Shown here one piece after another: positions 1 through 15,007 of a DNA stretch of 64,000 bases. How positions within the stretch are numbered: position 1 is the stretch's first letter; every line of letters starts with the position of its first letter. The position numbers and the translations under genes were made by a program. The notes under the pieces were generated by a model. It did not search any database. It saw only the letters and a program-made list of their open reading frames with translations, and had not been told where the DNA came from. Source of the stretch: Octopus vulgaris (Eukaryota). The DNA lies in contig OX597828.1 in the NCBI GenBank assembly GCA_951406725.2, positions 43,958,001 to 44,022,000 of the forward strand. Direction: 5' to 3'.

Positions 1-793
1 CGCTGGACTCAAACTCTCTCAAGGTGAGATAGACAATTGGGTTAGCCTCGTGTATACGTGTGGATATATGTATGTATATGTATGTATATATATAAATATG
101 TATTTGTATGGGTACGTATATCTATTAACATTTATGTACTATCTTGGTATATTCCTATTAACGACGGCAAAATATTTTATAATTAAACCAGAAATCGTCC
201 GAGCTTGGGTTAAACACTAAAATTTTGCAAAAGTTTCATTGTTAATTCCTTCACTTTTCACCAGTGCTAAAGGTGGACACGCTGTGGTTTTAAAGTCATC
301 TTGATGTCTATTTCTAGCATGTTGGTGCTATTCTTAGTGCCCTTAATTATAATTATATCTATATAATTATATATCTATATTAATTCTTAACTATACGGTT
401 TTTATTTCATGTTGGTCACTGATATGATCGTTACTTTTATTTTGATGCTATCCTAATTCTGAATGTCTGTGTGTTTCTTAGGGCTATATTTGGCTTCACC
501 AACCACACTTAGTGGAGGTGAACGCTATGTCACTGCTAATACAACTATTAATAGTAACATCTATACCTCCTCAAAGGCACTTTATCCATTCACCTTGCTG
601 ATTCCTTAAGTTTGACTTCGAAACGGTAGTAAATAAGGATCCGACTGAAGCTGTACCGACAATGACACCAGGAGGTATATGTAACAGTGTGCAGTCCATG
701 CAGTTGAAACTCGCCTAGGTACAGAAAACAATGTTGTGAATAATTGTTTAATGAAATTATAGATGTGGTAAATCTCCGTTCTCCTAATCATTA

Positions 794-796
<3 letters not shown>

Positions 797-873
<77 letters not shown>

Positions 874-891
874 TATATACATATATATATA
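797..891. repeat. (TA)n microsatellite
   Basis: Direct read of a (TA)n tract, representative of dozens in the window. Confidence 0.95.
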
Positions 892-1049
892 TTTGCTCGA
901 AATAAGGAGTAGATAGACAGCCGACGACTGATGAAATGTTCTTTGTGCTACTAGTCCTGTTTTCCATTTGTTTTTCTCGTTGTTTGCGTATTGAACTCAT
1001 TTGTTTTCGTATTTCATGTTGTTTACTGTTGGTTACGTCATGTACCCAT
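892..1049 (+). repeat. Dispersed repeat fragment, inverted copy of 48326-48482
   Basis: tgctcgaaataaggagtagatagacagccgacgactgatgaa...gtattgaactcatttgttttcgtatttcatgtt aligns by eye with the reverse complement of 48326-48482. Confidence 0.75.
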
Positions 1050-1941
1050 ATATGCATATGTATATATATATATGTGTGTGTGTGTATGTGTGTATATATA
1101 TATGCATATATATATTATTTCTATTATATACATACATGCACACATAGTACTTATGTATATACATATATATACATATATATGTATGTGCGTTTGTGCGTGT
1201 GTGCGTGTGTGTGCATATATATTCATGCGTATACATACACATACAATGTTTACAGAGAGAGAGAGAGAGAGAGAGAGGAAACAACTAGGGAAAGAAAGAA
1301 AGTAAGAACATACTTTAAAAGAGATATAATATCAGTGGTAGTGCAACGAACTTAGAATGCATCTGTGATTTAATGTACACGCATGCATTATTTTAAGTCT
1401 GACGGAATTTTGTCGGATTAAACAATTACTCATTCTGAGACCAGCTTTAATCCTAACTCAACCAACAATATACATATTAAGTAGGAGATCACTTATTAAA
1501 TTTAATTTATTAGTAAACAGCTATGAACTTTGCCATTGCTGCGTAGAAAAATAATGGCAACAGGCAATGTCGGAATAACATGCGACATGAAATTGCTTGG
1601 CTGCGTGGTGAGAAGTTTGTTTCTCAACAACGTACCTCTGGAGTCTGTCCTATCACGTATTACCTTGGGCTACTGATGCGTAATGTAGTCTTTGGCAGGC
1701 CAAAGCGTTGAGATTGCAATTTGGTAGCGAAAAACTGAAAGAATATCACAGTATATATATGTGTATATATATATATATATATATGTATACAAGATAAGAA
1801 AATGGAGAAATACATCTAAATCAAATATCAATTACCAGATAATACTCAATCACATACTTTATTAAACCACCACATAAGAGACTGTACGGTTAAACATAAA
1901 AAAGCAGAACAAAACAGTGTACATAAAGGAATGTATGTATG

Positions 1942-2012
<71 letters not shown>

Positions 2013-2042
2013 GCGTGTGTGTGTGTGTGTGTGGAGGTGTGC

Positions 2043-2236
2043 GGAGGCGCGTGGCTCAGTGGTTAGGGTGTCAGCATAATGATCGTAAGATTGTGGTTTC
2101 GATTCCTGGACCGGGTTCCGCGCTCTGTTCTTGAGCAAAACACTTCATTTCACGTTGCTCCAGTCCACTCAGCTGGGGAACACACGCTATTGAAACCGGG
2201 AAACCGGGCCCATGAGACTGGCTAGGCTTTAAAAGG

Positions 2237-2242
<6 letters not shown>
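2043..2242 (+). mobile_element. tRNA-derived SINE family A, tail type 3
   Basis: Head GGAGGCGCGTGGCTCAGTGGTTAGG (A box) and GGTTTCGATTCC (B box); tail gaaaccgggaaaccgggcccatgagactggctaggctttaaaagggtgcat shared with the copies at 21273 and 60638. Confidence 0.8.
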
Positions 2243-2295
<53 letters not shown>

Positions 2296-2317
2296 TATAG
2301 ATATATACATATCTCTC

Positions 2318-2647
2318 ATTCTCTCTTACTTGTTTCAGGCATTTGCTGGGGCACCGTCTTTAGTCGGACAAATCGACCGCAGGACTTATTCTTTGGAAGC
2401 ATAGTATTTATTCTTTCGGTCTCAAGCGATGTTGGGGTGACAAACACAGATACACAAACATATATGCACACATACATACATATATACCACGTGCTTCTCT
2501 CAGTTTCCGTCTACCAAATCAACTCACAAGCCTTTGGTCGGCCCGAGGCTACAGCAGAAGACATTTGCCCAAGATGCCACGGAGTGGAAATGAACCCGGA
2601 ACTATGTGGTTGGTAAGCAAGCTACTTATCACACAGCCACTTCTACG

Positions 2648-2650
<3 letters not shown>
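2318..2650 (-). mobile_element. SINE family B, internally deleted
   Basis: Reverse complement of the ggcgcaggagtggctgtgtggtaag...gactaaaggcggtgctccagc...aaacaagtaaaaga family. Confidence 0.8.
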
Positions 2651-2719
<69 letters not shown>

Positions 2720-3326
2720 AATATATATATATATAGAGAGAGAGAGAGTAATAAATAGATGTATTTATTTGCATGTCACTTTGCCTTTTTATTCACAATA
2801 ACCAACGCTACAACCAACACTTTACAACAGGTGTTGTTCTATTTATGTTGCCGTATCTTAGCACTTCAGCAAAAAGAAACCGATGTAATATCGACTAAGT
2901 TTAATAAAGACAAAAAAAAATTCCATGGCAGATTTGTTTGTCTAAATATTTCAAAATGTTGCCCCAGTAGGGCCCCAGTCCAATGACTAGAACAAATAAA
3001 TAATTTTTAAAAACCCCACTCACAAAAAAAAAAAATTAATAATAATCGTCAATGAATAAAAAATAGAAAAAATTCTCCAAGATATTTGGTAATGAAATAC
3101 TCTGAGAATACCACTTAAATAAGAAAAGAAATCGTTTTGATATATTTTTAAGTCTCTGTATTTAAGCATGGCATGAAAAGGAAATTAAACAGATTTAAAT
3201 ATTTTCTTCCACTTTAACGTAAAAAAACATTTTATTAATCACTGAAAAGGTAATTACGAAAGTCTAATTGGAAAATTAGATTTTCCAATTTTCTTTTTTC
3301 ATTCCGTTTTCATTTTCTGTGGTCCT

Positions 3327-3345
3327 ATTATTATTATTGTTGTTG

Positions 3346-3437
<92 letters not shown>
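3327..3437. repeat. (ATT)n microsatellite
   Basis: Direct read. Confidence 0.95.
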
Positions 3438-3973
3438 GAGTGAGAGAGCAGTGCATGCCATCAAAGTGACACTGGGGTAAAATATACGAAGCCCAGCATA
3501 CCCATCATGACTACCAGTCTGATAAGGGTACACCAGGCACATGCATCACAACCATATGTGCGTGACATGGTGATCTCATATCAAGATAAACAGCACATGA
3601 CCTTGCAGGTGGGGCCCAGTTATGATTTTAATTCTGGTCGAAGAGCCCATCCCGCTCAAAATGTCCCTGAATAAGGGTTGTTTAAGGATGTTGAACTAAA
3701 CACCCATGTTTCCAGAGGTGAATTATTCAAACCCCAAAGAATCCCTCTCAACATGGCTATGATGCTCCCCCAGAGATGCACATATCGTCAGCCACAAAGG
3801 GACACAATCAGCTGGTTAAGGTCAAACAACTGACAAGCCAATCTGTGGTATTGAACAGAATATTTGCTGTAGCCCATCTTTTATACCAAGGCAAAACAAT
3901 GTATATGATAACACTTCCAATCAGTTAAGATCAGAAGCCATGAGAGCCACTGTCTGGTACTGCATCAGTGCAT
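3438..3973. mobile_element. ~540-bp non-autonomous interspersed repeat (family D) inside an (ATT)n tract
   Basis: Highly similar, same-orientation copy at 62298-62853; both copies are flanked by ATT repeats; no coding capacity recognised. Confidence 0.8.
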
Positions 3974-4348
<375 letters not shown>

Positions 4349-4694
4349 TTGTTCAAATAGCACTTAATACGTTTCTTTGGGGGTTAAATATTATATTTAC
4401 GAAATGTCATTTCATGAGCTCTTCGAAACTTCTTAATCCTGTAAATGTTTCTGTTGTTGTTTTAATAATTGTTTTAAATACTTTTTTTTCGTTTTTCATT
4501 ACATAATCTCTTAAAAGTTTGTATGTTAAATTATCCCGCATCTTAAACGATAATATCGTCTGCATGTTAATCCTAAGGAGGCAAGAAATTTTGTTTCCCC
4601 GTCCTAGTTTATCTACATGTGTAATATACGTCTAATATAAATGCATATACGCGAACACACACTCACGTACTCATACATATACATACACACACGT

Positions 4695-5084
4695 GGAGGC
4701 GCAATGGCCCAGTGGTTAGAGCAGCGGACTCACGCTCATAGGATCGCGGTTTCGATTCCCAGACCGAGCGTTGTGAGTGTTTATTGAGCGAAAACACCTA
4801 AATCTCCACGTGGCTCCGGCAGGGGATGGTGGTGATCCCTGCTGTACTCTTTCACCATTCACTACAACTTTCTTTCACTCTTACTTCCTGTTTCTGTTGT
4901 ACCTGTATTTCAAAGGGCCGGCCTTGTCACTCTCTGTGTCACGCTGAATACCCCCGAGAACTACGTTAAGGGTACATGTGTCTGTGGAGTGCTCAGCCAG
5001 TTACACGTTAATTTCACGAACAGGCTGTTCCGTTGATTTGATCGGATCAACCGGAACCCTCGTCGTAACCGACGGAGTGCTTCC
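4695..5084 (+). mobile_element. tRNA-derived SINE family A, tail type 1
   Basis: GGAGGCGCAATGGCCCAGTGGTTAG...GGTTTCGATTCCCAGACC head; near-identical to 18115-18527. Confidence 0.85.
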
Positions 5085-5275
5085 AACAAGATACACACAC
5101 ATATACATAAATTTATATATATCGAAATCCTGACTTTGTTGCTGTGAACGAAAATGAAAACATAAAACATGTACGATAATTGACGTAGTATGGAGTTTTT
5201 TAGAGCGTCAACAATCAGGAAAACTACACGAGTCAACAATCCGACGAATTCAACTTGGACTTTTTGCTGTAAATA

Positions 5276-6493
5276 TCAGGTCATCCCATAAGTTCTGTCC
5301 GAATTTTGAATAAAGAAAACAAGTGATCAAATATTATATTTAATTCCCTCTATTTACGAGCTTTTTAGACCCATCAATGTAAAACTCTTTTGGTCTCAAA
5401 GCGAAGAACTCTGAAATGTCAGTTTCGACCTGCTCCTGGCTTGCGAAAGTTATGTCTCACAAATAATTCTGCAAACTACAAAACAAATTGTAGTCTGAAG
5501 GAGCAAGGTCTAGAGAATAAGGTGAATGAGGAATTTTTTCCCAACCAAGCTCTTCGATCTTCTGTGATGTGATGTTTGCTGTATGGGGTCGCACATTGTC
5601 CTGATGAAACATCACTCCCTTTCGATTCACTAAAGCGGGTCATTTTTTCTTCAAAGCTTGGTTCAAATGCTCTAATTTCTGACAGTAGACTTGAGCATTG
5701 ATTGTTGCATTAGGTGGTAATAATTCAAAATGAATTACTCCTTTGCAATCCCATCAGACAGAGAGAAGAACTTTTTTCTATGAAGTTCCCTTTTACCAAG
5801 CCACTGCTTATGATGTTTAACATTTCGATAGAAGATCGATTTTTCGTCACCAGTCACAAGTCTATCCAAAAAGGAATGAAATGAGTTCGCGAGAATGGAG
5901 AGAAGAACAGATGTCAACTTGGGATTTGCGGTTGCTTTCGGACAATTCATGAGGCACCCATTTTCCAAGTTTAGGGACCTTTCCAAGTTGTAGAAGATGA
6001 CGATGAACAGTTGTATGGTTTTAACTAAGCTTTATTGCCAATTCTTCAACTGATTATGCAGGACTTTCTTCAATTTATGCCTCAAGGAGCTTATCATCAA
6101 ACTCAACTGGACATCCTGTTCGATCTTCATCTTCAAAGCTGAAATCTCCACTTCTGAATTTTGCAAACCATCTTTTGCAAGTTCTTTCATTCAAGCATTC
6201 TTTCCCATAAACTGAGTGTATGTATGTTTCGAGTCGCTTCGGCTGCAGAGTTTCCTTTTATTTACTCATAAAGCATTATGTGCCTTAAATGCTCTGTGGA
6301 TACTTCCATGTTAGAAAGAGTTTTAATCAAAGGAATTTTAATATTATTATTATGTAAAACAATATTTAATTAGTTTTAATGTACACAAATGCATAAAAAT
6401 AATTTTTATTTCTATAAGACATTCTAAAATGCTATCAAATTTCATTCAATTTAAAAAAAGGGAAAATTGGACAGAACTTATGGAATGGCCTGA
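5276..6493 (-). mobile_element. Mariner (Tc1/mariner) DNA transposon, full length, transposase pseudogenised
   Basis: TIRs TCAGGTCATCCCATAAGTTCTGTCC / GGACAGAACTTATGGAATGGCCTGA flanked by TA at both ends; minus-strand motifs KRWFAKFRSGDFS, GKWVPHEL, FLDRLVTGDEKS, FHQDNVRPH and YSLDLAPSDY, interrupted by stops and frameshifts. Confidence 0.93.
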
Positions 6494-7575
6494 TATATGT
6501 ACAGGTCATTCAGATGGAAGCATGTAAGTAGAATATGCATGTACTTGCATCTGTATATGTGTGGTTACGTAATGCTTTTGAAAGCCAATGCAAATTTGTA
6601 CCTTAACTGTATATTTCAATATTTCTATGTCATGACCCATTTTTCAGGAAATCTTCAGAGAAATATTGCTGTGGGCTGACTGCTTTGTTCTTCTACAGTG
6701 TGTATAGGGAGAGTTGCTACGCGTGCGCATAGTTCCTAGAGCATTGCTGCAGAGAAAAGTAACATCTGGATATGAGTTTAAATGAAAAAAAAGCCAAAGA
6801 TCAACCATCCATTGTATATGGATGACCACACATTCTATGGTGATGACGAAGCTCAAGTCTCCTCTTTAGTGAACGGTGTTCATTTCTTAAGCAGAGACAT
6901 GGAAATGGAATTTGACTTCACAAATGTGGAATAATATTCTTGGCGAGAGAGAATACCAATAGAGATGAAGGTGTAACATATCCTTCAGGGGGAATTTATA
7001 AAAAGGATTGATGATACAGTGTGTGAAATACATGGATATATTGAAAATTAATGAAATGATGGATAAAGAATTGTAGAAAAGCTTTAAACCAGAGAGTTTC
7101 TCCGAAATCTTGCCCTGATTCAGCAATCAAAGCTGAATGATTCAAGCAATTTATGTATGGCTGGTTGAAATATTAAGGTATAGTGCAGATATTATTGATT
7201 GGTGAAAAGAAGAGTTACAGAATCTGGATTAAAAATCGAGAAAAACTTCTTACAATGCATCAAGATTTACAACTTTGGTACGATACTGGTAAGTTGCATC
7301 GATCGAAGCACAAAAGTGGACGCGCATTAATTTACCAGTGGAAATTGTATAAGCTCAGAAGGAAATAACTTGGGACGCTATTTGTCAAGAGCGCCATACG
7401 AACTTTGCTGGTGCAAGAGGGAATATTTGGTATAGTCTGGAGAGACAAGTAAGGAAGATGAAAAAAATTGGAAACGGAGAATGATGACGGACACAGAATG
7501 TACTCAGGAATTTCTTGGCAAAAATTCAGTTTTATCTTGTAGCTCATTCACGTGCACATACACTCAGCCACTGCA

Positions 7576-7607
<32 letters not shown>

Positions 7608-7984
7608 ACACACACAACACATACACACACATATACACAGACGTACGCACACAATCTATCGCACATGGATACGCATACATATAAGGCTTCTGTGCTTAAA
7701 CATACACAAGGAACCAAACACGTTTTTAGATGTATTGAACTATTTCCATTTTGCTCCTTCTGCTCCACTCAAAGTATGTATGCGCCTAAGTATGTATCGG
7801 TGAGTGCCTAAATACATACATGTGCATATGTGTGCTTCCGGCCGTGTGTCGATTCATTATTCATATATCAGTACGTGCGTGCATGTACCTGTCTGTGATT
7901 GGATGGCTACATACCTTTGGAGAGTTGTGTATGTGTGAGTAACTAAGCAAGCTTAGGACACACACGTGCTCATTAACACGCATG

Positions 7985-8016
<32 letters not shown>

Positions 8017-8017
8017 T

Positions 8018-8057
<40 letters not shown>

Positions 8058-8198
8058 TTGTATATTCCTATATATGCAAATATGTGTATGTGTGTGTGTT
8101 TCTGTGGGGATACAGTTTTATACACATAATTTGATGGGAATTCGTTGGAATATTGAGAAATATGTGTCGCTATGTTAGTACGAATGCGTGCACATACA

Positions 8199-8234
<36 letters not shown>

Positions 8235-8429
8235 GAGAGATAAAGATACTGATTCATAACTTCACACGTACACACAAATACACACAATGATATGAATTCA
8301 CATATTCCTAAATAAATTCATTTTAAAGAAACTATCTGTCTATCTATCAAATACATACATATACATGTATAAATACATACTTGGATATATACCTACCTAC
8401 ACACACATATACACGTACACACATATATG

Positions 8430-8514
<85 letters not shown>

Positions 8515-8686
8515 AGGCGGACACATATATAGTTAGACATATTGGAACTCATATGTTTGCACAGAAAGAAAGAATAAAAACACCATAAACAGAATGAAAG
8601 TGAGAAAACAACTTGTGCTTATTGTGTCGTGTGTGGAAAAAATATACAGATCTTTATATTCTTTTTATAAAATTACAAAAGTGCCT

Positions 8687-8828
<142 letters not shown>

Positions 8829-8946
8829 TTTGAAAAATGTACAATCTTGATCATTTTAGTGAAACGTTTGTCAAATATGACATGTTTTATTCATACGATT
8901 CAGCTCCTGAAAAGAAGCTTTTCACATTAAAACATACATATATATG

Positions 8947-9017
<71 letters not shown>

Positions 9018-9026
9018 GCATTTATA

Positions 9027-9058
<32 letters not shown>

Positions 9059-9114
9059 CATTTGTATGTATATACATATAAATATATATATATATATAAT
9101 ATATATATATATAC

Positions 9115-9192
<78 letters not shown>

Positions 9193-9205
9193 ATATACAT
9201 ATAAC

Positions 9206-9264
<59 letters not shown>

Positions 9265-10244
9265 TACGACAGATATTCTATTTTGCAATGTTGACTGTTT
9301 ATATACATACATATTATTACTCAAAATGAAATAAAGAAATAATCTTACAATGAAAACGAGCGTAAAACCCCTTTAAAAACTGCACCTGTGAGATTATTGT
9401 TTCGACGTGAAATATACCATTAACTGACTACAAAATGGTGCTTGAAAACGCTGTTTGTATCGAAGAATCCTATTAGCGAACACAGTTCAAATTTCGTGAA
9501 ATGAAACTCGGTTCCAGGTTTAACGATTGAAAATTTAACGAATTCTTCTGTTTATAGGTAGGTTTCTTTCTTTGTTTATTTCTTTCTTTTATATTTTTTA
9601 CATATTTATTTAAGTGGTGTTTTTCGTGTTTTTAATATTGTTACTGGTTCTGGTTGCGTTTTTTTCTCTTTCTTTTACTCTCTCTCTCTCTCGCTCTCGC
9701 TCTCTTTGACACGTGTAAATGTTGCCTTCAATATATTTCTGTCAATAATTTGTTTGTGACTTTATTTATCTGCCAGTCATTGTTATACCGTTCAGTGGAG
9801 AGAGAGTGAGAGAGAGTATAGATGTGGTGTATGTTTCTTTGTATCCTTTGTTCTATCAATACATAGAGAGGTGTGAAAGAAGCATTATTGTATATATATA
9901 TCGATGCACGTGTTTGTTGTGTATGTGTATGTATGTCATGAGTATAACATAAGTATACGTAAATATCATATGCACGTAGGCGTTTATATACGACCGTTTC
10001 TATGCGTATATGTGGACGTATAAGTGGAGGGTTCTATGCCTGTCCGTTATTCCGAATGTGTGTGTGTGTGTGTGCTTGTGTGCGTGTGCGTGTGTGTTTG
10101 TGTGTGGGTGTGTATGTGATCAACTATGTTTTCCATGATATATTGGAAGTGTTTCTCAAATATATTTTTCTGAACATTTACGAGGAATCTGTTAACGTGT
10201 GAAGAAAAATAAACATATGAAGGGAATATTTATGTGTGTGCGTG

Positions 10245-10289
<45 letters not shown>

Positions 10290-10314
10290 ATGCATGTATG
10301 TATATATATATGCA

Positions 10315-10353
<39 letters not shown>

Positions 10354-10424
10354 GTGTGTGTGTGTGTGTCTGCATGCATGTATATATATATGCATGTATA
10401 TATATGTATGCATGCATGCATATA

Positions 10425-10492
<68 letters not shown>

Positions 10493-10994
10493 TATATATG
10501 ATATGAGTGTATGTGTGCATGTCTATGCATGCTTATTTTAAGTATTATCGAAAATGGTTGTCAAAATTAAAGGCTATTTATTTCAAGAATCGTTTTGAAG
10601 CGAAAACAACTAGGAAGCAAATCACCTCCTCCTCCTCCTTCTCCTCATAATCATCATCATCATCATCATTGTCTATCTACGTGGCAGTCGTGGTTGGCGG
10701 CCCGGCAGCTGTCGTCGTCATCTTCATACCAATTTATTGAAGCCACCCACGCCATCATAACGGCGCAAAACGGAAATCGATTACACATCCAATATAACCA
10801 ACAATGGCGACGATAGCGTTATCGCCCGCCAGCGTCGATCGTGTATGTTGGCATGTTCAATTAGAGACTGACTTAAATTACGACTTTTTCACACTACTTA
10901 ACTACGTATATACCTCTCCTTTATCCCCCTCTTTCTCTCTTGCTCCCTCTCACTTTCTCTCTCCCTCCCCCACCTTCTCTATCCATATATAAGT

Positions 10995-11195
10995 GTACTC
11001 TTTTACTTGTTTCGGTCATTTGACTGTGGCTACGATGGAGCACCGCCTTTAGTCGAGCAAATCGACCCCAGGACTTATTCTTTGCAAGCCTAGTACTTAT
11101 TCTATTGGTCTCTTTTGACGATCCGCTAGGTTACAGGGACGTAAACACACCACCATCGGTTGTCAAGGGATGTTGGGGGACAAACACAAACACAT
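10995..11195 (-). mobile_element. SINE family B, 3' half
   Basis: ctcttttacttgtttcggtcatttgactgtggc...ggagcaccgcctttagtcgagcaaatcgacccc. Confidence 0.8.
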
Positions 11196-11205
11196 AAACA
11201 CGCAT

Positions 11206-11258
<53 letters not shown>

Positions 11259-11522
11259 AATATATATACACATATATACATTGTGTGTACATACACATAC
11301 ACACATACACACACACACACATATAAATATACATATATATATATATATATGCATACATAAGTGTGTGTGTTTGTGTGTATGACAAAAGAGTGTTGTAGTT
11401 CGATTGATGCATTGTAGTTCAGAAGTATTATGGAATATTAATTGAAACCAGAAACAAGGAAAGTTTCTAACAATGCAGATAGTTTTGGAAAACTTCATAA
11501 ATCGCGCACATAGGCCTATTTT

Positions 11523-11741
11523 CAGAGGAATGCAGTCATAGAAACGTTAGCATTCCGGGCGAAATGCCTTGCGATATTTCGTCTGTCTTTACGTTCTGAG
11601 TTCAAATTCAGCTGTGGTCGACTTTGCCTTTTATCCTTTCGGGGTCGATAAATCACGTACCAGTTGTGTACTGGAGAAAATTTAATCGACTGGTCCTCTC
11701 CCACGAAATTTCGGGCCTTGACCCTAGAGTAGAAAAGATTC
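11523..11741 (+). mobile_element. SINE family C (tRNA-like head, Meta-like central domain)
   Basis: gaaacgttagc...gagttcaaatt...gcctttYatcctttcggggtcgataaa; at least seven copies in the window. Confidence 0.75.
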
Positions 11742-11879
11742 TATCGATCTCCAGATAGTTGTAAATCTGTTTCGGATAATCTAAGACTTACTGGCAAATA
11801 CGGTTTTCCTGTACGCTGAAGGAGATTCAGAAGTCTTTCACATAACTAGCTATAAGGACGACGATGTAATTATCAAAAT

Positions 11880-12089
11880 AAGGCAGCGAACTGGCAGAAT
11901 CATTAGCACGCTAGACGAAAAGCTTAGCGGTATTTCGCCCGTTTTGAGTTCTAATTCCGCCGAGGTCGGCTTTGCCTTTCATCCTTTCGGGATCGATAAA
12001 TTAAGTACTAATGGCGTAGTGGGGTCGATTTAATCGAGTTGCTTCTCTTCCCGCAAAATTTCAGGCCTTGTGCCTATAGTAGAAAGGAT
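11880..12089 (+). mobile_element. SINE family C
   Basis: aaggcagcgaactggcagaatcattagcacg...gcctttcatcctttcgggatcgataaattaagtac...ggccttgtgcctatagtagaaagga. Confidence 0.8.
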
Positions 12090-14209
12090 GTAATTATCAG
12101 AATGATTGCGTCTTGATTGGAGCACATCGGATTTATTTGCTCGTTTAAAGACTTTCTTAGACACCTTACACTCATTACTGTTGGTGGGTAACTAGAAAGA
12201 CGTGTTTGAAGCATGCAGGGACTGTGAGAAGGCGATACACCCTTATTTAAGCAGCAGTATACTGCAGCAGGAAACATCCTGTGAGCATTCATAATTGGGA
12301 AGCTGTGATACTCCTTATGAAAGGCACGAGCAAGAGCGGTGAAACTGTAAATGTCACGATTACTCTGCTCAACACAATGCTAAATATTTTTGCAGCGGTA
12401 TATACGAAAAGACTACCGCTTGTCGTCAGGGCTATAGTAACGGCAACGCAGTTTTGTTCCATACCCGACAGATGTACTCTCAGCAAGTTACATCTCATTC
12501 TGTTCATCATAGAGCCGGTCACAAAGACATCTAGTTTTGTTGGAATCTGCTCAATTAAAGAAAAATTCAAAATTATTTTATATGTTTGAACATCAACCCC
12601 CGGAAGCTTTTAGCTTTGGGACAGCCTATAGAGGTTGGATCGCTGTAAAGTAGAGTGGTATATGTTCAGTGGACAAACTAAGCTGCCATTAATCGGAAAT
12701 TATAACACTAAATTAGAATATTATTTGTACTTTATCAAGACGAACTCATTTCAACAGTGCATATATGTTTAACTACTTACACGTTCAAAACAATATATTA
12801 TCAACACAAGCACTCTTCAGAAATCTAAATAGGGAACCCGAAAGCTTGCAATCGTGACATATTTCGTCATATGTAATAATAAACTTTTAACATAAACGTT
12901 ACGATTTATACAAAAACATTATACTAATAATAAAACGTCATATCAGTGTTACTTGAAATTTATATTCCACCCAACAATTAATTAAACAGTATTCAAATTA
13001 GTCTTTTCTTCGCATAAAATCACTAGAAAATTAGAAATATGAAATACTTGAAACTTGCTACATTCTTAAATAATAATTTAACGAACGCACATCCACGTTT
13101 TCTTTTAGTTTAGAATGTTTCTCATAAACTTTTCCTTGTATTGTGCATTTCACCTTGTATTATCGTTATTATAGTTATTACCTTCAAAATGGAACTCATT
13201 GTTCCCATCCTACTGTATTCTTGCTAACTCACTTTGCTTTTGCTTCAGTGGCTGCTTCACTTCTTTGTGATAATATAGTAGAAAATCTATGCAATAATAA
13301 TTAACTGAGAACTTTGATTATAATAGAGTTATATCCTTTATCCTATTTATTTGTTTGCTCTTAGACTCATAACGTATCCTTCTTGTCATTATACCCTTTT
13401 AATTACAACATTCGCTACCCACAAATTCCTATTTAACTATCAATTTATTAAGCCGTATTAAATTTATTTTAGCTTAGTATTTTCCCCCTAAAACTGGTTT
13501 TGAAATAATTTTAATTTAACCTATTATTCCGACAGATATCCAATAATTATTCCGGATTATTAGATGACATCATTAGCATTAATCTCTTTGTATCAGCATG
13601 TCATGTGATACACCTTCTCAACCTAATCAACAGCATTATTCTATCTCTATTTCATTTTCACTCATTTTTGAAAATATCTCATAACCTTTCATTATATAGC
13701 TTCCACTCTATTGTCTACATTTGCATAAAGTTCCTTTCCATTCCATTATCATATGTTTTATTTATTTTATGTTGTGTTATATTTAATAATTCCGCTGTTT
13801 CAAATTATAGCGAAATGTTCTCAATGAGAAATTAACAGTTTACACACGTACACTTTATCAAAGCAATGCAACTACATACAACGCTGCCAAAGCTATAATT
13901 CTTTTAAGATATATAAGCAAAGCTTTAATTCAATTTCATTGTGTACTTTAGAAAAGCATACAGTCAATTTGCACGCAAATTATGAGTTATATTTCTCACA
14001 TATATACACGGTGTGTGTGTGTGCACTTGGATGTATGTGTGTGTCTGTGTGTGTGTGCGTGCACGGCGGTGTGTATTCGCATGTGCATATATATATATAT
14101 ACCCCTACAGAGATATATTTTTGTACATAATGTTTATATATTTATATATTTTATTTATATATTTATATATATATATATGTGAAAATATATATGTATATAC
14201 ATACATATA

Positions 14210-14256
<47 letters not shown>

Positions 14257-14320
14257 GTAACGATAATTTTTTCATATATTTGTACATATATATATGCAAA
14301 TATATCTATATACATATATA

Positions 14321-14373
<53 letters not shown>

Positions 14374-14719
14374 GTGTGTATGTATGTATGTATGTATCTC
14401 CACACCCGCACGTTTTTCCTAACTTTATTAGCAATATCTATTGTTTTCTAAACATTTGCTTGTAATATGTTGGTCTCTGCATACGTCTTTATACATATAT
14501 AAGATCAGAGATCGCATGTTTTACATCAATTTTCTCACTTCTTATTAAATGTATCCACAAATATTGCACATATTATCATTATTTTTACATATTTTGATCA
14601 GTTCTCTGTTTCAAATCTTTTCTCTCAAATTTCCCAAATGATCCCTGGCATAAATGAACATATTTCTTTCAGATACACATTTTGCTTACATATTTTTTTG
14701 AATTTTATATCGCCTATTT

Positions 14720-14938
14720 AGGTAACAAGCATTCAGAATCGTTACCACGCGGGGTTAAGCGCTTAGCGGCATTTCGTCCACCTTTACGCTCTGAGTTCAA
14801 ATTCCGCCGAGGTCGACATTGCCTTTCATGTTTTGGGGGTCGATAAATTAAGTGTCGGCTGAACACTGGGGTCGATGTATTCGACTCATGTCCATCTCCC
14901 ACGAAATTTCAGTCTGTGTGTCTATTGTTGAAAGGAAT
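14720..14938 (+). mobile_element. SINE family C
   Basis: gagttcaaattccgccgaggtcgacattgcctttcatgttttgggggtcgataaatt. Confidence 0.75.
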
Positions 14939-15007
14939 ATCATAATGTCTGTTGGTGCTAGTAATTTTCCTCCAGTTACAATATTCGAATATTTGATTTT
15001 TATATCT

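Noticed and set aside
590-635. ctgatt...cttcGAAAcggTA hammerhead-like string; similar at 53220-53260, 55790-55830 and 33095-33135
   Set aside because: Core or stems are too broken to distinguish from chance in AT-rich DNA
892-945. Permuted (type II) hammerhead gctcGAAA...CTGATGA, also at 48435-48482 on the minus strand
   Set aside because: Stems I and III cannot be paired convincingly in either copy
3915-3970. U2 snRNA-like look of the family D end
   Set aside because: Only a few short word matches; no Sm site or branch-point pairing sequence
4695-4770. tRNA genes at SINE heads (also 18115, 26409, 44119)
   Set aside because: A/B boxes are present but run straight into SINE bodies, with no complete cloverleaf or poly-T terminator
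6600-7540. Possible old RTE and Tc1 coding remnants
   Set aside because: Only vague motif echoes (RRLE, KSGR), insufficient without an alignment
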